The translations under genes were made by a program, and so were the position numbers. Positions 58,584 through 64,000 of a stretch of 64,000 bases of DNA are shown here, piece by piece; positions within the stretch are counted from its first letter, which is position 1; each line of letters begins with the position of its first letter. The notes under the pieces are model-generated. The model saw nothing but the letters and a program-made list of their open reading frames with translations, did no database searches and was not told the origin of the DNA. The DNA comes from Candidatus Dojkabacteria bacterium (lineage in GTDB: Bacteria; Patescibacteriota; Dojkabacteria; J137). The DNA lies in the NCBI GenBank assembly GCA_025999215.1, contig AP024679.1:711457-775456 (forward strand). The letters are read 5' to 3'.

Positions 58584-59587
58584 TATTTGGGATAGGGTTT
58601 AACTAATACTCCGTCTTTCCAGAAACCAATACTTTGGTTCAATCTTCTTAAAAACCAATAGTTATAGTAAGATTCATCTAACATTAATTTATTTACGTTA
58701 ACTCCTAGCTCTATTTCTCTTGATAAAAAATCGTAAATATCTTTTTTCCACTTTTCAAAAAAAACTAGATTAGGTTTTTTATAATATTCATCCATCTTTA
58801 CTTTTTGAGAACTCTTCAACCGAACATTAAAAGCTTTATGCCTGAAATGATGAACAAAAACATTTGTAGCTATTCCCAATTTGTAACCATTTGTTGATAT
58901 GCGCCAAGATAAATCAATATCCTCAGATCCATGTGGAAATTTTGGATCAATGATACCCCCAACCTTATTGATAAGTTTATTTCTTACTATGAAGCAACAT
59001 CCCCCAATATGTGCAGGCGGACATTCAACGTATTTAACACCATTACTGTGCATAGCCAGGAAATCTTTAACGAACTCATCGAAAGAAGAACCTCTAGTTA
59101 AACCGGAGATTTCATTCTCTATCGATAACCCAAGGGGAAGACCGTTCACAACATCGTCTGTAGAGGAATTAATATATGGATGTTCGAATATTGGTAGAGG
59201 CCTTGCTGGTCCGAGCATAGCAAGAGTTTTATCCTTATTGAACTCTTCAAGCATCTTTTCCAACCATTTTTTGGAAAATAGTAAGTCATTATTAAGAATA
59301 ACCGTAAAGTTACAATTCTTAAAATATTCTCTTGCTGAATAGATTGCCCCTCCATAACCAAGATTTTGATTTTTAAGCAACACATTAATGTCTGCATTAG
59401 GATAATAATTGTGTATGTCTTTTAAATAATCTCTAGTACCGTCTGTGGAGTTATTGTCTACTATTGTAAAAGTAAATTTTTTTTCAGTTGATTCATACAA
59501 ACTTTTTATAGTTAGCTTGGTATATTCTAAAGCATTCCAAGTAACCATAAGAATATGAATTTTGGGATCTGAATCTAAATTTTTCAA
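58583..59587 (-). CDS. Glycosyltransferase family 2
   Basis: 334 aa with an N-terminal GT-A domain (ILMVTWNALEYT...VDNNSTDGT, the DxD-like NNDLL, and SEDIDLSWR). Confidence 0.75.
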   Translation of the reverse strand: MKNLDSDPKIHILMVTWNALEYTKLTIKSLYESTEKKFTFTIVDNNSTDGTRDYLKDIHNYYPNADINVLLKNQNLGYGGAIYSAREYFKNCNFTVILNNDLLFSKKWLEKMLEEFNKDKTLAMLGPARPLPIFEHPYINSSTDDVVNGLPLGLSIENEISGLTRGSSFDEFVKDFLAMHSNGVKYVECPPAHIGGCCFIVRNKLINKVGGIIDPKFPHGSEDIDLSWRISTNGYKLGIATNVFVHHFRHKAFNVRLKSSQKVKMDEYYKKPNLVFFEKWKKDIYDFLSREIELGVNVNKLMLDESYYNYWFLRRLNQSIGFWKDGVLVKPYPK

Positions 59588-60195
59588 TTAATGTATTTCT
59601 GCTTAAGAATTTGAATTATCTCTGATTGTAATGCATTTTCCAACGCCTCCAATTGTTCAATAGGATGGAAAAACATTTTTGAATCTGGATCATCTGGTTC
59701 ACTTTCATTGAATACAAGTGAGTCCGCATCAACGTTGATGATAAAAACCTTTTCTGGACCAAAATTTTCTTTGTGTTGTTCATGTACCATTTCATAATCA
59801 TATTTGGTTATATCAATACCCACTTCCTCCTTCATCTCTCGTATTAAGGCATCTACTATTTTCTCACCTTCTCTAACGTGTCCTCCTGGGAAAACATGGT
59901 AAGTAAAGTTTGGCCTAACCCGCTTGATTATTAAGGCCTTACTGCCATCTGTAATAACTCCAATTACATAAGTAGTTGTGTCCAGCTTTACCTGGTTTCT
60001 GTTAATACTATGTCCTGATTCATTTAGGAATTCCACATTCAATACCTCATACTTTTTTTTATCTTGATTAATGTATATTTTTCCATTCTCAGTAAAAGGT
60101 TTCCCCGACCTCATCCCAATTAATTCAGCGCCCACTGGGTTGTAGTCCTTTATTATTATTGTAACTCCAAATTCAGTATATTTTATTTCGTCCAT
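59584..60195 (-). CDS. Nudix hydrolase
   Basis: 203 aa with the Nudix box GGHVREGEKIVDALIREMKEEVGI. Confidence 0.75.
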   Translation of the reverse strand: MDEIKYTEFGVTIIIKDYNPVGAELIGMRSGKPFTENGKIYINQDKKKYEVLNVEFLNESGHSINRNQVKLDTTTYVIGVITDGSKALIIKRVRPNFTYHVFPGGHVREGEKIVDALIREMKEEVGIDITKYDYEMVHEQHKENFGPEKVFIINVDADSLVFNESEPDDPDSKMFFHPIEQLEALENALQSEIIQILKQKYIN

Positions 60196-60218
60196 ACAAT
60201 TTTAGATAAAAATTTAAA

Positions 60219-61229
60219 TTAAAGTATTCTAGATAATACATAATCTCTAATACTAGTTATAGGTGTATCTATACTTTTATCATTTACTATTCTACCAATA
60301 AGTAGATCATTCCTTAAAGCTAAATATGCTTTATGATATAAGTCTCTTTTATATTGAATTAATTGAGTTAAATGCCCCATAGCATTACCTTGATGTAATT
60401 GAGATACAGCATTTGATTCCAGCTGTTTTGCACTTATAAATGGAATATGTCCCATTGATATTTGGATAAATGTTTGCACATCTGTATCTAATCCATACCC
60501 ACCGGGTAGAACCTCAATTATTCCACCTAGCTTCATCTCGTGAGGTGTGTCAACAGTTCTTTTATAAAACTTCTTGCCATAACTTGTAAACCGATAATTA
60601 GGACTTCTCTCGTCTTCAATTTTATTTGAATATATTGTAGATACAGGTCTTAGCACTCCATTATTCATATCAAATTCGTTCCAATCATCAGAAACCATGA
60701 CAAATCTATCCGGAGCTTCAACTTCTACCATCGAAGATACAGTTGATTTTCCTAAAGTACCATCACCTACTAATATGAATGCTAATGAACGTTTTCTATC
60801 GTATATACAAGAAGAATGTAACCCAATTAATCCATCTTCGATTCCACAGAAGGAACGTATTCCGTATACTAATGATGAAGCAATTCCAAAAAGACCTGCA
60901 CCGGCAAATGCAAATGATCTAAGATCGTAGGTGGTATAAATTTCCCCTAGATCTTCAATGGTCATCATTCTGATTAATGGTGTCCCGTCCTTATCTAAAA
61001 ATGGTAGAGGGGATTGGGTCAAATAGTAAAGTGCGGGCTTCCCTCTTTTCAATGTCGGAAGGTAAAAGTCCTCCTCTGCTTCAAGAAAATTTGAATGTAA
61101 TATTGGATCATCAGTAATGAATCTGACTCCAACCAGACTAGACTCACTTAAGACTTCATTATTAGCTTCAATTGTATTTTGAATCGGTGCCTCACCGAAT
61201 CTGACTTCTCTTACAGGTTTGTCAATCAT
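60219..61229 (-). CDS. Hypothetical P-loop protein with an HprK/P C-domain-like GDGTLGKST motif (putative kinase)
   Basis: 336 aa. LAFILVGDGTLGKSTVSSMVE resembles the HPr kinase C-terminal P-loop (ILITGxSGxGKSE). The N-terminal region is unassigned. Confidence 0.35.
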   Translation of the reverse strand: MIDKPVREVRFGEAPIQNTIEANNEVLSESSLVGVRFITDDPILHSNFLEAEEDFYLPTLKRGKPALYYLTQSPLPFLDKDGTPLIRMMTIEDLGEIYTTYDLRSFAFAGAGLFGIASSLVYGIRSFCGIEDGLIGLHSSCIYDRKRSLAFILVGDGTLGKSTVSSMVEVEAPDRFVMVSDDWNEFDMNNGVLRPVSTIYSNKIEDERSPNYRFTSYGKKFYKRTVDTPHEMKLGGIIEVLPGGYGLDTDVQTFIQISMGHIPFISAKQLESNAVSQLHQGNAMGHLTQLIQYKRDLYHKAYLALRNDLLIGRIVNDKSIDTPITSIRDYVLSRIL

Positions 61230-61960
61230 ATATTGTGTGCATTAGAAATAAAATTATTTTTATCAATATCCTGTCTTTGTTTTAAAACAACTTTTTTAGG
61301 TAGTTCTATTTTCTCCCTATATTTAGGAAAACCTGAATAGTAATTACCTTCATAGTAACTTAGTAAAAGTGGATACTTTTCTAAATATTTGTCCCTATCA
61401 ATTTGAAACTCTTCTTCTTTTAATCTGGCATGTTTCCGAATATATTCCTTACGCAGAAAATATTCAGTTAGAAGTGCCTTATCCTCATCAGTCACAAAAT
61501 TTTCAGTATAATTTATTAGATCATCAGCCTCAGAATTTTTATAAATGAAACTATGAGGGCTTATTGTTAGTATCGTTTTAATAGCTGATGTACCCTTCCT
61601 AGCAACCTCCCTCTTTGCAGTATCGATATCAACAATGTTAATTGTCATGCAGTAGTTCATTTTTTCCTTTATATTATTCTCGCTGATATAGCTTTCAATA
61701 TTTTTTTTACATATATTCTTATCCGAACTTATAATTAAAACATCTACATCGGGTCTGATTTCTAATTTCGTAAATGTAGATTTTTGGAACTTGTTCTTAA
61801 AATAAACCCTGGTATCGACGTAAGACACATCTGGTAGCTCATCTTTACGTTCGTATAAGAATGAACCATGAAGTACTGTAGTTAATATGTTCTCCTCATT
61901 TATAGTTGAGATATCTCCTAGAAACTCTATTGGATCGGGTTTAAAATTTCTTTTTTTCAT
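61226..61960 (-). CDS. Hypothetical protein
   Basis: 244-aa ORF. Its start overlaps the stop of the upstream FAD oxidase, so it is co-transcribed with the glycan locus. It has a possible weak hGS...D-x-D nucleotidyltransferase-like pattern, which is not convincing. Confidence 0.35.
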   Translation of the reverse strand: MKKRNFKPDPIEFLGDISTINEENILTTVLHGSFLYERKDELPDVSYVDTRVYFKNKFQKSTFTKLEIRPDVDVLIISSDKNICKKNIESYISENNIKEKMNYCMTINIVDIDTAKREVARKGTSAIKTILTISPHSFIYKNSEADDLINYTENFVTDEDKALLTEYFLRKEYIRKHARLKEEEFQIDRDKYLEKYPLLLSYYEGNYYSGFPKYREKIELPKKVVLKQRQDIDKNNFISNAHNI

Positions 61961-63264
61961 TGTGTAAAAACTTTTAATAAGTATTTATTCAAAAATTTCT
62001 TTTTCGGATCGAGTGATTCACGTAATTCAAGGAAATCCGACCATTTCGGATAAAGTCCTGATAGTATTTTCCCATCAGCTAAAAACTTCTTTGCCCAATG
62101 GGGACGTCCTTGATATTTTAAAAATATTCTCTCAATTGATCTAAATGCTTCATATTCATCTGCTTTAGAGGGTACCCTGCAAGTAAGCCCCACGGTGACT
62201 ATATCTCTTTGATAAGCATAACTTAACCAAGAATTGTCTCGTTTAACTATTCTTATATCCATTGGAATATGTGCATATGCTATGTTGTTATGTGATTCAA
62301 ATTCTTTTTTCAGTTCTACAAAAAGATCATGAAAATTATCTCTAGCAACTGTCCACTCTGTTATTTCAGAAGTACCCTTACCTCTAACTTTTGTTACTGT
62401 AGTTTCGTAAAGATTCCCTGAATGCTCTTTTTTGAATGTATAGAATAATAAAAAGATTAGCTTGTTTATATAAACAGAAAATCTTGGATAGTTAAAACAA
62501 ATCTCATACAGTTTGGTAGATAAATATCTTCTATATTTAAGATGTCGAGGTCCTTTCTTTTGTTTTATACTTTGATAATCAGTTACCTTATCGCCGGTGA
62601 TTACGTAACCAAATCCGGTATGCGGTAACCACAAAACTCTAAAAAAATCATGATTTCTTGCCAACATGTCAAATTTATCAACCCATACTTTGTCCCTAAT
62701 AGGTCTTTCCTTGATGTGTAAAATGTATTCTTCTGTACATTGGAAGGTTACTTCAGAAATAATTCCAAGAACACCTAATGAAACTCTTACAGCTGCCATG
62801 TTGTCATTCAACTCATCAATGATTTGTATTTGACCATCTGCCGTAATTAGCCTTAACGCTACTACATACTGAGACAGAATATAACCCTCATCTGAAGTGC
62901 CATGTGTTGCAGTTGCAATTGCTCCTCCGATGGATATTGAGCTAATGTCAGGTAAGCAAGGAATTGTCCATTTCAACTTGGATAGTTCATCTAATAGATC
63001 TGAAAGCATAGCTCCTGACTCTATTGTGATCCTCTTATTTTTATGATCGATATTTTTTATCCTATTATATTTTTTCAAACTAATTAATGTATCAGTTCCC
63101 CCAGCTATATCAGAGGTTGAATGCCCTGCACCAACAACCCTTACTTTAGCAGAGTTAGCTATTATTCTTCTCAGCTCAGGTTCTGATTTAGGATAATAGA
63201 TTTTTTCATAAGTGTGTTTAATATTACCATTCCAGTTTTGCCAGGTTTTATTAGCGTTTTTCAT
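61957..63264 (-). CDS. FAD-linked oxidase of the sugar-1,4-lactone oxidase family (GULO/ALO-like)
   Basis: 435 aa. The N-terminal FAD_binding_4 domain is VRVVGAGHSTSDIAGGTDTLISL, and the C-terminal GRPHWAKKF (HWAK motif) is typical of ALO/GULO-type oxidases. Confidence 0.65.
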   Translation of the reverse strand: MKNANKTWQNWNGNIKHTYEKIYYPKSEPELRRIIANSAKVRVVGAGHSTSDIAGGTDTLISLKKYNRIKNIDHKNKRITIESGAMLSDLLDELSKLKWTIPCLPDISSISIGGAIATATHGTSDEGYILSQYVVALRLITADGQIQIIDELNDNMAAVRVSLGVLGIISEVTFQCTEEYILHIKERPIRDKVWVDKFDMLARNHDFFRVLWLPHTGFGYVITGDKVTDYQSIKQKKGPRHLKYRRYLSTKLYEICFNYPRFSVYINKLIFLLFYTFKKEHSGNLYETTVTKVRGKGTSEITEWTVARDNFHDLFVELKKEFESHNNIAYAHIPMDIRIVKRDNSWLSYAYQRDIVTVGLTCRVPSKADEYEAFRSIERIFLKYQGRPHWAKKFLADGKILSGLYPKWSDFLELRESLDPKKKFLNKYLLKVFTQ

Positions 63265-63836
63265 TCTATAGATTTTAAAAGTTGAATCTCTAATAATTCA
63301 CATATAATGTGAATTATTGTTATGTGAGATTCTTGGATTCTAGGAGTATTTGAGGAATCGACTATGAGACTATGTTCTACTAAATCCTTCATTAAACCAC
63401 CATTATTGCCAATCAATCCTATTGTGCGTATATTCATTTCTTTTGCTCTATTAACTGCTTCAAGTATATTTCTCGAGGTACCGCTTGTTGATATGCCAAT
63501 AAATACATCACCTGGCTTTCCTAGTGCTTCTATTTGCCTTGAAAATATATTGTTAAAGTCAACATCATTAGACCATGCGGTTATGAACGAAGAATCTACT
63601 GTCAAAGCAATGCATGCTAAACCTTGCCTGTTAATTTTAAACTTACCGACTAACTCAGCTGCAAAGTGCTGTGCATCCGCTGCACTTCCACCGTTTCCAG
63701 CTATCATAATTTTATTACCTTGTTTTAAAACATCTAAAAGAATTAATATAGTTTTTTCGATATCATTATTGAGAGATATAAGGCTTTTCTTAACTGAAAA
63801 ACTTTCTTCTATTTGTTCTCTGATTCTAGTTTTCAT
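63261..63836 (-). CDS. gmhA: Phosphoheptose (sedoheptulose-7-phosphate) isomerase, SIS domain
   Basis: 191 aa with IMIAGNGGSAADAQHFAAELVGKF and GISTSGTS, typical of GmhA/DiaA SIS proteins. Confidence 0.75.
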   Translation of the reverse strand: MKTRIREQIEESFSVKKSLISLNNDIEKTILILLDVLKQGNKIMIAGNGGSAADAQHFAAELVGKFKINRQGLACIALTVDSSFITAWSNDVDFNNIFSRQIEALGKPGDVFIGISTSGTSRNILEAVNRAKEMNIRTIGLIGNNGGLMKDLVEHSLIVDSSNTPRIQESHITIIHIICELLEIQLLKSIE

Positions 63837-63924
63837 ATAATGTGATTATATTCTAATTTAAATTATTTAATATGGATTGTAACATCTAGTATTAATATAA
63901 GCATTGTATTGCAATACAAGTTTA

Positions 63925-64000
63925 CTCATTTTCTCTAATTTTTAATATACTTACTTTAACCACTTTTCCTGATGGACTTTCAAAGTCAAAGCCTTTACCT
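63925..64000 (-). CDS. C-terminal end of an unidentified gene that continues beyond the window end
   Basis: An open frame on the minus strand (...GKGFDFESPSGKVVKVSILKIRENE*) runs off the 3' edge of the window. Confidence 0.25.

Noticed and set aside
1-64000. Genome-wide UGA reassignment (code 25, UGA=Gly, or code 4, UGA=Trp), suggested by in-frame TGAs in conserved blocks of two genes
   Set aside because: Many ORFs of 500-1036 codons (pnp, permease, SBP, aspS, ftsI) contain no TGA at all. TGA also terminates well-conserved genes at natural ends (rsmE, LysM protein, both M20 genes). A recoded genome would show frequent internal TGA.
1-64000. CRISPR arrays, rRNA genes, transposases or integrases
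   Set aside because: No regularly spaced direct repeats and no rRNA-like GC-rich conserved blocks were seen. No ORF has a DDE transposase, Tyr-recombinase (R..H..R..Y) or Ser-recombinase motif.

Overview
This is an AT-rich (about 30% GC by eye), tightly packed bacterial chromosomal segment. Most genes lie on the minus strand, with short intergenic spacers and frequent ATGA-type start/stop overlaps. The gene content suggests a reduced-genome bacterium, possibly Patescibacteria/CPR-like. Supporting signs are archaeal-type Asp/Asn-tRNA synthetases, gatA, a minimal division/cell-wall set, a VKOR plus DsbA disulfide system, and glycosyltransferase loci. It uses the standard genetic code: ORFs of more than 700 codons lack TGA, and TGA is used as a real stop. 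From 5' to 3' the window contains the following.

(1) A copper-homeostasis island: a partial multicopper oxidase, membrane proteins, a CopZ-like HMA chaperone, an HMA-permease fusion and a CsoR repressor. It abuts tRNA-Gly(TCC).
(2) A DsbA-like oxidoreductase and a MacB/FtsX-type ABC exporter with a 1036-aa permease.
(3) Tandem class-IIb synthetases: AsnRS plus an archaeal-type AspRS carrying a C-terminal YbaK/ProX-like deacylase domain.
(4) efp (Arg-type loop) and rsmE.
(5) An extracytoplasmic redox cluster: a DsbA-like protein, GT4, a TrmB-like regulator, cytochrome b5, ferredoxin and VKOR.
(6) ssb, LysM and Q/N-rich proteins.
(7) Two divergent M20 peptidases, one interrupted by a single in-frame TGA.
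(8) gatA, frameshifted in an A8 run, cysS and tRNA-Gln(TTG).
(9) LemA, TrhO and the dcw core (mraZ-rsmH-ftsL-ftsI) with MraZ boxes.
(10) An OppA-like binding protein, secG, ftsEX (FtsE with an odd HhH tail), an MraY/WecA-family transferase, nusA, murJ, pnp, a Cys-rich surface protein, cca, def and a class II photolyase.
(11) A roughly 2.8 kb decay zone holding four disrupted house-cleaning genes: a UDG-like glycosylase, an ITPase, a Nudix hydrolase and an alpha/beta hydrolase.
(12) A glycan locus: GT4, GT2, Nudix, an HprK-like P-loop protein, a GULO/ALO-like FAD oxidase and GmhA.

No rRNA, CRISPR array, transposase or integrase was recognised.
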